A DNA stretch of 64,000 nt from Octopus vulgaris (Eukaryota): NCBI GenBank assembly GCA_951406725.2, contig OX597837.1:14198001-14262000 (forward strand), written 5' to 3'. Positions 40,449-63,892 of the stretch are shown piece by piece. Both the position numbers and the translations under genes were made by a program. The notes under the pieces were generated by a model, which saw only the letters and a list, made by a program, of their open reading frames with translations, did not search any database and was not told where the DNA came from. Each line of letters starts with the position of its first letter. Within the stretch, counting starts at the first letter, position 1.

Positions 40449-41549
40449 TTGTGTGAGGTAAATAAGTTAGAAAATGTAGTACAGATGATGTACCTGAATA
40501 CCCGTTTAGGTTTATTGATGCGAGAAAGGACCTTTATTCGGGTATTCCGATTGCCTCGCCTCTCGTTGAATCAAATTCAATGAAAAATACTTCAGAAATG
40601 CTCCTCTAAATTCAACAGTTGTTTGTTTTTTTTTGTTTCTTTTGCTGATTGTCAGAATGAATCATAATCCAGACTCTGCGTCGGTGTAATGACTTCTGAA
40701 AGAGCAAACATTTTCTTTTTCTTTTCTTTTTTTATATATTTTGGATACTTTAAAAAAATAAATAAAATAAATAAAATTCTTCGGTTGCCGCAGTTGTGGA
40801 GAGAGTTTTCATTGAGAATGTATTCAATTTAGAGGAAATATCATAATCTCCCTACAGTTTCAAACGGAGAGAGCCAAACAATGTAATATCTTGTTTCAAT
40901 TTATTGGTTTACTTCCGCCTTCAGTTTACATTTAAGGTAATAAGACCGCTATTTAAAACAGCCATTGCGAGGGACGGGATGTTCATGTTCCCAGAGTACC
41001 CAACTTTATAGAAGCACTGAAAACGTGCGCGAACATGTTCTTTAATGACGCCATTCGTTGAAGATCGTAACATAATGACTCATTTGTTCATATTTTATCA
41101 AGACTATTGTGTTCCTGTGCAAATAATTAATTCCAGTGACTCTATTGTCCATTTAGTTATTTCGGAAATTTACACACATTGTTCAAACGAATTAGATTTC
41201 CATTTATTCAAATAAATAGGGATTCTTTGAGCCGCCATTACCGTTTTGAGGGTATTTCTCGGTTGTCCCTAACACCCACGTACACACACCGAGATACATA
41301 TGTATACATACGTACGTACATATACATATGCATATATACGTATACATTTAAATACGTACGCACACACACACACATGTTGCACGCTAGACGAAATGCTTAG
41401 CGATATTTCGTGCGTCTTTACGTTCTGAGTTCAAATGTCGTCGAGGTCGCCTTTGCCTTTCATCGTTTTGGGGTCGATAAATTGAATACCAGTGAAATAC
41501 AGGGGTCAATGTAATCGATTAGTCTCCCCCCACCACCACAAATTTCAGG

Positions 41550-42306
41550 CTAAACACAGAGAGGACAAACAAGGACACACAAACGGACTAAGTCGATTAT
41601 ATCGACCCCAGTGCGTAACTGGTACTTATTTAATCGATCCTGAAAGGATGAAAGGCAAAGTCGACCTCGGCGGAATTTGAACTCAGAACGTAGCGACAGA
41701 CGACATACCTATTTCATTACTACCCACAAGGGGCTAAACATGGAGTGGACAAACAAAAACAAAGGGATAAAGTCGATTACATCGACCCCAGTGCGTAACT
41801 GGTACTTAATTTATCGACTCCGAAAGGATGAAAGGCAAAGTCGACCTCGGCGGACTTTGAACTCAGAATGTAGCGGCAGACAACATACCTATTTCTTTAT
41901 TACCCACAAGGGGCTAAACATAGACTGGACAAACAAGGACAGACAGACGGATTAAGTCGATTATATCGACCCCAGTGCGTAACTGGTACTTAATTTATCG
42001 ACCCCGAAAGGAGGAAAGGTAAAGTCGACCTCGGCGGAATTTGAACTCAGAACGTAGCGACAGACGACATACCTATTTCATTACTACCCACAAGGGGCTA
42101 AACATGGAGTGGACAAACAAAGACAGACAAAGGGATAAAGTCGATTACATCGACCCCAGTGCGTAACTGGTACTTAATTTATCGACTCCGAAAGGATGAA
42201 AGGCAAAGTCGACCTCGGCGGACTTTGAACTCAGAATGTAGCGGCAGACGAAATACCGCTAAGCATTTCGCCCGGCCTGCTAACGTTTCTGCCAGCTCGC
42301 CGCCTT
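41550..42306 (-). mobile_element. SINE family C with one head and about 4 tandem ~180-bp body units
   Basis: The unit aagtcgatta.atcgaccccagtgcgtaactgg recurs at about 41590, 41770, 41954 and 42138; the single 5' head is at 42250-42306. Confidence 0.88.
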
Positions 42307-43029
42307 AGCCCAGCTTCTATAATAAACAATAGAAATTGTTATAATAAACAACAGGTTGTTGTGGCCTTGTGTATTGTCCTGGAACCAATCAAGCTTCCTT
42401 TGTTTCGGAATCGACATCCGACATTGCGTTCTGAATTCGAAACGCTACAATAGTAAATTCATTCTGTAGTTCTTTCATTCTTTTACTTGTTCCAGTTGCG
42501 ACTTTGCTGGAGCAATGCTTTGAACAAATCCTGCATTGACTTTTGAGGCCATTAGCGCACACTTAAAATAAGGGATTAGAATGGTTTCTTGTCTTCTTGG
42601 GAGAGACGGAACTCAGCACCGGAAACAGAATATTTCTGAATTATGATACTGTACTTCCGCTGCTTACAGGGATTATTAAAATGGGTGGGTGGGGGTGGGG
42701 GGATTTAAATTGATTAAAATTAATTAAATATAAAATGAAGTGTTGTACACCGATTGTTCGAATGGATAATAACCAACGCAATGTGGTCGACTGTAATTAA
42801 AATTTCACTCGTAATGAGGAGAAAAGTTCATTTGTTTAAAAATTAAATCTGATAAAAAACGTAAGGGAAAAAGTCCTGAATATAAATTTATTGAAATTAA
42901 TTAAGATTGAATATAAATTTGTATACAGCGATTATTAAAATAAGTGATAACTGACGTCATGTGGTGAACTGTAATTAATTAAAATTTCACCAGTAACGAA
43001 ATGAAAGCATTTGTTTGGTTATTAATACT

Positions 43030-43261
43030 TATTTCTTTATTGCCCACAAGGGGCCAAACACAGAGTGGACAAACAAGGACAGACAAATGTATTAAGTCGA
43101 TTACATCGGCCCCAGTGCGTAACTGGTACTTAATTTATCGACCCCGAAAGGATGAAAGGCAAAGTCGAACTCGGCGGAATTTGAACTCAGAACGTCGCGG
43201 AAGACGAAATACCGGTAAGCATTTCGCCCGGCGTGCTAACGTTTCTACTAGCTCGCCGCCT
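43030..43261 (-). mobile_element. SINE family C monomer with TSD
   Basis: Flanked by tttggttattaatact / tttggttataaatact. Confidence 0.85.
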
Positions 43262-43808
43262 ATTTGGTTATAAATACTGGTCAAGAAATGCAAGGGGCGC
43301 AATTCTGGAATCTAAATTGATTAAAATTAGTTAAATATGAAATAAAGCAGTGTAGAGAATGTGTTTCATTTTTGCCAGTGACAAAAGTTTGTGCCCTTAT
43401 CACGAATATTGTTCACACTCTTACGAATGACTTATCAGGATGTCGATGCTTAATGTGTGTCAAAAGGATTTTAAATGATAAATGCTTTTCAAGTTTTCTG
43501 TAGTTTTTCCTCTCAACCTTGTTCTTCATTGTCTTACAGTGCCTGAGAATTGTCTGTACAATTAATGACCAACCTATATTTTGCATCTACTTCAAAATTA
43601 ACCCATCACTTACTAGAAGTTTTGCCCACAGTACCAGGATGACATCTTATAGCTCCATCAAAACCTTGAATATGAAGTGCACTTTATTTGAGAAAGTTAC
43701 ATTCTCAGAATATACGGGGGTTATGAGGGAGAATGTTTATGTTGAGAATTACATTAAAAGCACTGGTGCCTGTGGAATACACAGCCACACTACGCCTAAG
43801 CGAACTAT

Positions 43809-43848
<40 letters not shown>

Positions 43849-43864
43849 AATTGTATCAAGGACA

Positions 43865-43969
43865 CATGCATACATACATATACACATACATACATACATA
43901 CATACATACATACATACATACATACATACATACGTACGTACGTACACACATACATACATACACACATAC

Positions 43970-44000
<31 letters not shown>

Positions 44001-44121
44001 CATACATACGTACATACATACATACATACATACACACATACATACATACATACATACATACATACACACATACATACATACATACATACATACGTATATA
44101 CATACATACATACATACACAC

Positions 44122-44152
<31 letters not shown>

Positions 44153-44458
44153 CATACATACATACATACATTCATACATACATACATACATACGTATATA
44201 CATACATACATACATACATACACACATACATACATACGTATATACATACATACATACATACATACATACGTATATACATACACACATACATACATACATA
44301 CATACATACATACTTACATAATGCATACATACATACATACATACATACACACACACATACATACATACATACATACATACATACATGCATACATACATAC
44401 ATACATACATACATACATACATACATACATACAAACATACACACACACATACATACAT
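43865..44458. repeat. (ACAT)n microsatellite
   Basis: Directly visible. Confidence 0.95.
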
Positions 44459-44876
44459 AACGTGTTTTATTCCAATGCTATAAAAAGAAACGGAAAAACA
44501 AACTGCGACCATTTATTTGATGCTTTTAACAAAATTTATTCTGACGAAGTTTATCCAGACTTAAAACCCAGCTTTCCGCAAATGGCGTCCATTTTCGTCC
44601 CAAAATAGCTGCCACAGATTAGAGATTGTTATTCTAACTCCTGCGATTTCAGTCGATTTTCTGAGGACATCCAAAACCGACCAAAAGCTGCCACAGAAAC
44701 AAACGACGATAATGTAAACAAACAACCGACCACCACCACCAAAACCACCACCACCAACACCACCACCACCACTAAAACCACCAATACCACCGCCATCATC
44801 ATCATCATCGTCCCGATTCAACTTTCTTATAGCTGCGTAGGCCAATGATCCAACAGAGATTACCAATGAATATACA

Positions 44877-44911
<35 letters not shown>

Positions 44912-45223
44912 CTTGTAAAGTGCGTAGGCATGGTTGTGCAGTTAACAAGCTCGGTTTTTAAGCACGCAGTTTTATGTTCGACCCCTCTGCACGGTACCTT
45001 GGACATATATGTTTACTACGATAGCCCTCGGTTGACTTTGTGAATGAATTCGGTTGGCGGAAACTCTGTGTGTGTGTGTGTGTATTTGGGCGCAGGTGTG
45101 GCTGTGGTGAGACGTTTTCTTCCAAACCACATAGTTCTAGGTTCAACCCCACATCGTAGCACCTTGAGCAAATGTCTACCACACCTTTGAAATAAACTGA
45201 AAGAAGCCCATCGTGTGTATCCA

Positions 45224-45301
<78 letters not shown>

Positions 45302-45672
45302 TTACATGCACCTCACTTATCGGCTCAACAAAAGAGACCGATAAAATAAGTGCGAGACCATAAGGAAACAATAACCCTTAAACACGTCAAGGCGATGCCC
45401 CAATATGGCCGCAGCCCTGTGACTGAAACAGGCAAAAGATGAAACAACGAGCGAGTTTGAGCGGGAAATACCAATAGCTTCATGTTATAAAAGCCACAGG
45501 CAATAGGCGGAGGCGTGGTCGTGTGGTTAGAAGGTTGCTTCCCAACCACATAGTCCCGGTTTCAGTCCCACTGTGTGGAACGTTGGGAAGGTGTCTTCTA
45601 CTTTAGCCTCGGGCCGACCAAAACCCTCGTGACTGGGTTTGGTTGGAAAGGGAAAGAAGCCCGCCGTATATA

Positions 45673-46219
45673 TCTCTTATTATAAAAGGCAGATTTTATC
45701 TGCCTCCCTTTGTAACTTATAGAAATCTACAATATAGGATTTCTTCAATTACAATTTACCTAGCATTTTTAAGAGTAGAATGCATCGCGTCATGCCAGGT
45801 CCAGTTTTTAAAATTTAAACTCCAATTAAGCAAAATTTACAGAAAACTCACATTCTGGTGTGTATGTCAAATGCTTTTCTTAATGTGGTTTACACCACAC
45901 GCACACGCACACACACAGTGTGCAACGAATAAAATGAAAGTAAATAGCGACAGAGTGATTTGAGGAAGACTAAACTGAAAGTATTTAAACCACTACTCAA
46001 AAAATAAAAAAACACAGCAAACAGAAACAAATAAATACATAACGATTTACTCCTCACACAATTTCTTCAATTAGAGTTTACCTAAGATTTTTCAAAGTAC
46101 TCCATTCGGTCATGCCATAATATATTTCTTTCAATTTCACCCCCAATTAAGACAAAATTCGAGAAAACTCAATATTTTAACATTTCACTCCGAAAGCATT
46201 GATGTACATGTGTGCGTGC

Positions 46220-46271
<52 letters not shown>

Positions 46272-47362
46272 TGGGTTGTGCGACACAGAAAGTGTGGTGT
46301 GTAAGTGAAGTGCTTTTGTTAGTGTGTGTAAAGAGACAGACAGAGTGAAAGACAGAAATAACTGAACTTTTTTATTCACTTTTTTGTAGTGAGTGACTGA
46401 GAGAGAAAAGAGAGAGAGAGGTTATGTATGTATATATGTATGTATGGCTTCAGTGACACACACACACACAAAAACACATACCTACGTACACCTAAAGCAC
46501 GCACACACACACACACACAAGCGGAGCGCGAACTTCAAAATTTTGGTAGTATTAATTTGCGAGCGTACTTCTAAGCGCGCGTAATTGAAAGTTTTCACTA
46601 TGATATCATCACGTGCGAAAAAATTCGAAGGGTTTTGAACAATTGAGATACACATGTCACGCCTGTATTGAAACCATTGCTAAGCTGCCGTAATTGCTTA
46701 ATTAAGACTTTGTTTAAATTGAAAGGGGCAAATATGTGACGAGGTTGAAAAAAAATACCCCAGAAAAAAAAATGTACTGCTGGTATTTATATAATTCACT
46801 ACTATTTTGCTACAATGTCATGAAAAAGAAAAAATTTAGGTATGTAAATCGAATTCGCCACCCACTTTTCCCCGTTCGCGTTTGTGCAAAAAAAATTATT
46901 ATTTAAGTTTTAAAAATTATTTACTTTGTTCAAAAAATATTAATATTAATTAATTTTCAAGAATTATTTAATTTTATTCTGTAAAATAGTAATTAATTCA
47001 TTTATCTGTAAATCCGCGAGGTTGTTACTCAGGCACCTAGAATGGTAACCTTCAACTAACACTATCTCCTCCGAGACCCTGCGGCGCAAGTTGACCAAAA
47101 TTGAGAGTATGGTAGAAGAAGGGTTGCTCTTCCTTCTGTAGAACATAAAATTCAAATTGGACCATGTTAACACCAAAAATTATTTACATCAAAAAGATGC
47201 TTTTTTCTATGAAAATCCCTATTTTTTACGATTTTTTCACTGCTGTTTCGCCACTTTTCGGTGTATTTCGACCAGAAAAATGTTCACAAAATTTTTACTT
47301 TTCAAAATTACAATTCCAGCGGGTCGAAACAAACCCGAGCAACGCCGGGCCGATACTGCTAG
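45673..47362 (+). mobile_element. Non-autonomous Helitron (~1.7 kb) inserted in the TA tract of a family A SINE
   Basis: A|TCTCTTATTATAAAAG 5' end, 3' hairpin cccgagcaacgccggg and CTAG|T end, no TSD. It is preceded by a SINE 5' half (45506-45672). A partial second copy lies at 54969-55922. Confidence 0.75.
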
Positions 47363-47395
<33 letters not shown>

Positions 47396-47398
47396 AGT

Positions 47399-47720
47399 GA
47401 AGGGCGCATGGCTTAGTGGTTAGGGCATTCCACTCACGATCCTAAGGTCGTGAGCTCAATCCCCGGCGGCGCATTGTGTCCTTGAGCAAGACACTTTATT
47501 TCACGTTGCTCCAGTCCACTCATCTGGTAAAAATGAGTAGTATCTGTATTTCGAAGTGCTAGCCTTGTCACACTCTGTGCCATGCTGAATCTTCCCGAGA
47601 ACTACGTTAAGGGTACACGTGTCTGTGGAGTCCTCAGCCACTTGCACGTTAATTTCATGAGCAGGCTGTTCCGTTGATCGGATCAACTGGAACTCTCGTC
47701 GTCGCAACCGACGGAGTGCT
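47399..47720 (+). mobile_element. tRNA-derived SINE (family B-related); duplicate at 55959-56280
   Basis: Head ggcgcatggcttagtggttaggg; body shared with 1747-2045. Confidence 0.85.
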
Positions 47721-48496
47721 ACGAGATGTATAGGATTGGAATGAACAAACAAAGAAATAAAGATATATATTATTGATTTTTAAGTAGAAAAAAATGGAAG
47801 AGTAAGAGACTCGGTTTATTTGAAATAAGATCTTGCTTGAATAAATAATGTTGTTGTTTCCAGTCACGTCTTTTAACCACGTAAAGAGGGTCTGTAAAAA
47901 TAGAAAAGATCCGACGAAAACTACAGCTGTGCGCAGACAATAGCTTTTTGTGGTCTGTGTGTCAACCGTCCAACGAAATATGTAACAATATACGAAATAG
48001 GTCAGAGACAAGATGGCTGGATCAGATAAAATGCGCGAATGAATGGACATGCAAGGAGGCGATGAGCTGGCAGAATGGATAGCACGCCGGACCAAATGCG
48101 TAGCAGCATTTCGTCCGTCTTTGCGCTCTTGAATTCAAATTCCGCCGAGGTCGACTTTGCTTTTCATCCTTTTGGATGAACTCTGGGGTCAACGTAATCG
48201 ACTCATCCCCTCCCCTCAAAATTGGTGCCTTGAATATATATATATGAATATATATATATTCCTTTACTTGTTTCAGTCATTTGACGGCGGCCATGCTGGA
48301 GCAGTGCTTTTAGTCGAACAAATCGACGCCAGGACTTATTGATTGTAAGTCTAGTACATATTCTATCGGTCTCTTTTTGCCGATCCGATAAGTTACGGGG
48401 ACGTAAGCACACCATCGGTTGTCAAGCGATGTTAGGGGGATAAACACAGACCCACAAATATATACATACATATACATACATACATACATACATACA

Positions 48497-48532
<36 letters not shown>

Positions 48533-48565
48533 CCATATCATATATATATATATATATATATAACA

Positions 48566-48616
<51 letters not shown>

Positions 48617-48701
48617 TATATCATATATATATGCGCGTATATATCTACAATAATATATCTATCTATCTGTATATCTATCTATCTGTATATGTATGTATAT
48701 G

Positions 48702-48758
<57 letters not shown>

Positions 48759-48907
48759 GTAACTCTTAATAAATGTGTTGAGTGCTCTTCTTTCGCTTGT
48801 CTCCTCATTCGTATATATAAATGCACACACATACATGTATGCGTATATGTATCTGTGTATGTGCGTATGCATGCATGTGTGTATGTATGTATCTATGTAT
48901 GTATGTG

Positions 48908-48958
<51 letters not shown>

Positions 48959-49080
48959 ATAGGTATCATACAGGTTTCGGTTTACTAACACGCATGCATT
49001 TGATACCTCACACTTATACGTACTTAATTAGCAGTCGCTCATTATACACACACACACACGCACGCTCGCACTCTCTCTCT

Positions 49081-49156
<76 letters not shown>

Positions 49157-49346
49157 CAAGCTCCCTCTCTTCCGTCGCTCCGTCAGTTTCGTGGTACATC
49201 CACACCACGCGCAGACGGGCACGAGGGCCGCGTGCGAATGAGTAATCTCTGAAACACAGGGGACACGTGCAGGAAACGCAAAAAAACAACATAAAACCCC
49301 AAACAACGCACGCACATACAGACACACACACACACACACACATACA

Positions 49347-49379
<33 letters not shown>

Positions 49380-49394
49380 TCATACATACATACA

Positions 49395-49456
<62 letters not shown>

Positions 49457-49752
49457 GATACATACATACACACATATGTACACAGTACACATCCATACAC
49501 ACACACGCGTTAACGCTTATCACTTGTCCTCCCCCCACCCCATCTCCACCTGTTTAGTTAGTCAAAGCAGGTGACTTGTGTAATAACAACCACCCCCGCC
49601 ACCTTATTCTATAATATGAATTACATGTATAACTGTGTTTGAGTGTGTGTGTGTGTATATATATATACAAAATTGTGTGTGTATGTGTTGTTGTGTGTGT
49701 ACACACGCGCGAGCATATATACACACTTATACAGTTTATATATATGTGTGTA

Positions 49753-49788
<36 letters not shown>

Positions 49789-49826
49789 GGTATATATATA
49801 TGTATATATATGTACATATATATGTG

Positions 49827-49934
<108 letters not shown>

Positions 49935-50739
49935 TATATATATATGAATGATCGGGAAACTGAAAGGATAGCAGAAAAGACAAAAATAAAAAGCATTCAC
50001 AAACGTGAGCTCAGTAAACCTGGATTGCTTAATTTGCATAATTGTACAAAAGCCAACAGAGAAGAGAAGTTAATGTCATTCGTTCAAAATATGCGACATA
50101 TTGTTTGAGGTTAATTTGGATAAAAGGAGTATTTTTAAAATCATTTTCTTTTTAATAATCAAGCAATATCAACATCGCTGTGGAAGTTCAACAAAATGGT
50201 TCCTTCACAGGGTTCTTTTTGTGGACAGAAAAACGATGGGATCTGAGGAATTTCAACCGTGTTTCGTGGTCTGCTACCACAACAGCTCCTTTCTAGGATC
50301 CAGTTAGCTCAAGACATCCTCAGGAGGAATCACGTCCGGTTTCGGCCCCTAGTCCTCTACCGTTTCCGGACGTGGTTCTCTCAGAAAAACGATGATATCA
50401 ATCTAGCCAGTCCGAAGTCTTGTTAAACTTTCATCAGAGAAAGTTGATAAAAATTGTATGGAGATTAAAATAAACTTTTCTACTAAAGGCACAAGGCCTG
50501 AAATTTTCTTCAGGGAGTTGGGTAGTCGATTACATCGACCCCAGAGCTCGAAGGGTAATTATCTTATCGACCCCGAAAGGATGAAAGGCAAAGTCGACCA
50601 CTCAGAACCTATAGACGGACGAAATACCGCAAAGCATTTCGTCCGGCGTGCTGACCATCCTACCAGCTCGACGCCTTTCACGTTCAGCAAAACAATAAGA
50701 CTTACATTTCGAACTCTCAGGACACTGGCTTAATACATG

Positions 50740-50770
<31 letters not shown>

Positions 50771-50801
50771 TGTGTGTGTGTATGTGTGTGTGTGTGTGTG
50801 T

Positions 50802-50845
<44 letters not shown>

Positions 50846-51146
50846 GTGTGTGTGTGTGTATGTATATGTGAGCAAGGTGGTGAGCTGGTAGAATCGCTAG
50901 CACGCCGGACAAAATGCCGCTGCGCATTTCGTCCGCCTCTTGGCTCTTCTGAATTCAAATTCCAGCGAGTGCAACTTTGCCTTTCGTCCTTTCGGGGTCG
51001 ATAAAATAAGTACCAGTTGAATACTGGGGTCGATATCATCGATTTAGCCGCTTCCTCGAAACAATGTGTGCGTATGTGTATGTGCGTGAATGAATGTCTA
51101 CGTGTGAGCGTTTGTTTGACTATGTATATGTATGAGTGTGTACGAA

Positions 51147-51195
<49 letters not shown>

Positions 51196-51198
51196 GAA

Positions 51199-51231
<33 letters not shown>

Positions 51232-52122
51232 CAGAGAAAGAAAGAGAGAGAGAGAGAGAGAGTGAGAGAGAGAGAAATGTATTAGTATTACGCGTGGCTC
51301 ATTTATTTGTCTTAAGAAACCCAGATTAATGCTAATCTGTTTGCTTATAAACTACTTAAGGTAACTTCATGTGTTAGCCCTTTGCCACCCACTCCGTCCA
51401 TTAATCCCTTAATAATGCAGACGTCAGCAACAGCTGCCGCGTGTCTCCCCCTCAACCCGTTCATATTGATACATTTATGCAAGCTAATGCATCTACACAT
51501 GTGCACGCGTGTTTCTCTGTATGCAGGCGTGGTCGAATGACTTTTTCTTTTTTGATTTTATCGTTTACTCAGTCAGGAGGGCTGTGCACATAATTCGTTA
51601 CAGGGTCTCTGAAACAGGTGAGAGGAAAAGAGAAAGATATCCTGAAACCGAAAGCCGGGCCTGAATGCCTGCAACAGAGTGGGCTCCACTAAAGACATCC
51701 AAGGTGCCGAGTAATGCTGTTAAATCAGGCGACTGGCTAAGTCTACCGGTTACGTAGGTCATAGCGGGATTTGAACTCATAACAAAGAGACGGAACGAAT
51801 ACCGTAAAGAATACAGTTCTACCAATCCACCATCTTAGATTGGTACTATTTTTATCGATCCCCAATAGGTTAAAGGTAAAGTTGACCTGAGCGGGATTTG
51901 AACTCAGAACATAAACAGACAGAGCAAATACCGCATGACATCCAGTTAAATGCTCTTACAGTCCCGCCAATCCACTGCCCTCAGACTGAAAGGATAAAAG
52001 GTAAAGTTGGCTTGCCCGGGATTTGAACTCAAAGCAAAAAGAGTTGGAACAAATAGCGTGAAGCATCCTGTTCGATGCGCTAACGATGCTGCCAATTCAG
52101 CCGCAGTCATGACGTAATAGGT

Positions 52123-52500
52123 AAGGCAAGTGAACTGGCAGAAACGTTAGCACCACGGGCGAAATGCTTAGCGGTATTTCGTCTGCCGCTACGTTCTGAG
52201 TTCAAATTCCGTCGAGGTCGACTTTGCCTTTCATCCTTTCGGAATCGATAAATTAAGTACCAGTTACGCACTAGGGTCGATATAATCGACTTAATCCGTT
52301 TGTCCTCTCTGTGTTTAACTCCTTGTGGGTAGTAAAGAAATAGGTATTCCGTCTGTCTTTACGTTCTGAGTTCAAATTCCGCCGAGGTCGACTGTACCTT
52401 TCATCCTTTCGGGGTCGATAAATTAAATACCTGTTAAGCAATGAGGTCGACCTAATCAACAGTCCCCCTCCCCAAAATTTTCCGGCTTTGTGCATAGTGT
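52123..52500 (+). mobile_element. SINE family C dimer; duplicate at about 60627-61004
   Basis: Head plus two body units. Confidence 0.82.
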
Positions 52501-53101
52501 AGAGAAGAATCATGAACGATATTTTGGGTATCAGTTCTGTACTTCAGCCACAAGTCAGCCAAACCTTTGTCAGTGAGAACATTTTTATAAACAAACTTTG
52601 AAGCGCTTAGTGTGCGCTCAGCCGGAATTTGAGCGGTAAGGGTTCGATTTTCTGCGGCACCTAGCAGGCCACTTTCTTCTCCGTCTTCTAAGGGTATGTA
52701 CCCGATCATCTTAACTGTTTTCACAGCTATTCTGCGACCAAGATTTCCTTTATGTTCTGTTAAATGCCTTGTTAGAGAAACCAAGGAAAAAGACAATTGT
52801 GTGTCTGTGTGTGTGTACGATGTGTTTTTATATATTTGTTGTTATGAAGTCCGTTGAAGAAACAGGTGCATGCAGGGCAGGCTTGTGACTCGGGGGTGGC
52901 TCACACAGCGAGCAAGTTTAAATACGCAGGATGTATGCGTGAGAGTAGGAAAGAAGAAGGGAAAAGAACAGAGATAGGACACGGTAGAGTGTGCTAATGG
53001 GTTTTAAATTAATGTTTGCCTGAGAATTAAATCGTCTTGTGTAGATAAATGAGCGGGTGGCTGAGTGGGTGGGAGGCTGGATGGTCGAAGGCAGTGAGGT
53101 G

Positions 53102-53171
<70 letters not shown>

Positions 53172-53221
53172 CATCCATCTATCCATCCATCTATCCATCC
53201 ATCTATACATACATACATACA

Positions 53222-53330
<109 letters not shown>

Positions 53331-53691
53331 CAACAGCAGCAGTTTTGTTCCAGACAAGTGAATAGTAGCTCCCTAATGTGGGTCACGTTGGACCCCTCTG
53401 AGGGGATCAGCAACAGATAAGAGCTGGAACAGTTGCTAAGTTCCAACCGGAAGCTTAACCTTTGGGAAGCTGCTTTTGCTACCGTATACAAATGTGTTGT
53501 TATTGTTGTTGTTGTTGTTGCTGCTGTTGCTGTTAATGCTGCTGTTTAGACCCACGTTAGCCCCGATCGAGCAGATTTACAATCAAAGACAATCCAGTCG
53601 TGACCATTACGTTTATTTTCCCAAAATGAAGCCCTCTCCTTCAAGTACCACATTACTAAGCTAGGCCTTTTTTCTTTTCAAGACAGTAGGG

Positions 53692-53892
53692 CAGTGGTTT
53701 TCAACCAGGGTTCCACCAGCACAGTCCAGGGGTTCCACAAGAAGTTACAAAACTGCTAAAATCGGCAGTAATTTCTAATTCTCCTGTGCAGATATGTGTG
53801 CATAAGGCTATTAAATTATTGCACAGGGGTTCCTCGAGCCAGTGGAATGTTTCCTTGGGGTTCCGCTCCAGCAAAAAGTTTGAAAAGCACTG
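53692..53892. mobile_element. hAT-type MITE (201 bp); duplicate at 62199-62399
   Basis: TIRs cagtggttttcaa / ttgaaaagcactg; 8-bp TSD cagtaggg / cagtaagg. Confidence 0.85.
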
Positions 53893-54118
53893 CAGTAAGG
53901 TGTGATTTGAGGGAAATTTGGTTATTACTTCCAGCAAATCTCTCAACCAAGTAATTACTCCTTTCTGTGTGTTGGTGACCTTGTGTGGTACGATATGTAT
54001 ATTTTTTGCTTTGCGTCGCTCAGTGACAAGAACCAAGCTTATTGCATAATATTTTCTATTAACATAGAGGGACACTGAAAGACAGCATTTATATAGATAG
54101 ATAGAAATATAGATAGAT

Positions 54119-54522
54119 GTGGTAAGTAGCTTGCTTACGAACCACATGGTTCCGGGTTCAGTCCCACTGCGTGGCACCTTGGGCAAGTGTCTTCTACTAT
54201 AGCCTCGGGCCGACCAAAGCCTTGTGAGTGGATTTGGTAGACGAAAACTGAAAGAAGCCCATCATATATATATGTATGTATATATATGTGTGTGTGTGTG
54301 TGTTTGTATGTCTGTGTTTGTCCCCTCCCCCAACATCGCTTGACAACCGATGCTGGTGTGTTTACGTCACCGTAACTTAGCGGTTCGGCAAAAGAAATCG
54401 ATAGAATCAGTACTAGGCTTACAAAGAATAAGTCCCGGAGTCGATATTTGCTCGACAAAAGGTGATGCTCCAGCATGGCCACAGTCACATGACTAAAACA
54501 AGTAAAAGAGTAAAAGAGTAAA
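54119..54522 (+). mobile_element. SINE family A, 5'-truncated; duplicate at 62626-63021
   Basis: Matches family A. Confidence 0.9.
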
Positions 54523-54586
<64 letters not shown>

Positions 54587-54868
54587 GTAGATAGGGAGGT
54601 AGATAGATGCACACACACACACACACATTTTTATACATACATACACATCTATTTGCAAAGAAGAATTACGTAATTCCTATTAGCAAATGAAACACGTGTA
54701 ATGGCGAATAAATAATACTAGAAATTTTATCGATCTTCTTGTTTTTATATATTCTTTTATTCTTTTACTTGTTCCAGGCATTTGGCTGCGGCCATGCTAG
54801 AGCACCGCCTTGAAGGGTATGTATACTACCGGTTACAAAGCGGGGGTGGCACAAGCACAGACACATAT

Positions 54869-54968
54869 NNNNNNNNNNNNNNNNNNNNNNNNNNNNNNNN
54901 NNNNNNNNNNNNNNNNNNNNNNNNNNNNNNNNNNNNNNNNNNNNNNNNNNNNNNNNNNNNNNNNNNNN
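54869..54968. other. Assembly gap (100 N)
   Basis: Run of N. Confidence 0.99.
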
Positions 54969-63375
<8,407 letters not shown>

Positions 63376-63527
63376 ACATATACACAACAGACTGTGTTTG
63401 TGTGTGTGTGTGCGTGTGTCTCTGTGTGTGCGTGTGTCTCTGTGTGTGCGTGTTTGTTTGTGTGTGTGTCTGTACGTGCGTGTGCCTGTGCGCGCGCGTG
63501 TTTGTATGTTTGTGTGTGTTTGTGCGC

Positions 63528-63558
<31 letters not shown>

Positions 63559-63809
63559 TATGTGTGTGTCAGCGTGTGTTTACATATTAGCTTTTGTTTT
63601 AGTTACTGGACTGCGACCAAGCCGCCGGCGCTCACCGATTTCAACAAATCGACTCCAGTGATTATTTTTCTATGTAGAACAGCAAAGTTGAGGGTGGTAG
63701 AAACAAACCAACACCGGTTGTCAGCATTTATATATATATGTAAATATACATGAATGTATATATATATATATATATATATAAATATATATAAACATAAATA
63801 TACATACAT

Positions 63810-63850
<41 letters not shown>

Positions 63851-63856
63851 CACATG

Positions 63857-63892
<36 letters not shown>

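Noticed and set aside
41550-42306. CRISPR-like array
   Set aside because: Whole ~180-bp units repeat with no unique spacers, there are no cas genes, and the context is a eukaryotic SINE.
44540-44580. CTGACGA followed by a small hairpin
   Set aside because: There is no GAAA box or UH site.
49165-49225. Minus-strand ccgt-CTGCGC-GTGGT/ACCAC-GAAA-CTG-acgg three-way-like fold in a CpG-rich patch
   Set aside because: The core box, stem III and cleavage triplet are missing; it is probably chance or an unrelated regulatory or UTR sequence.
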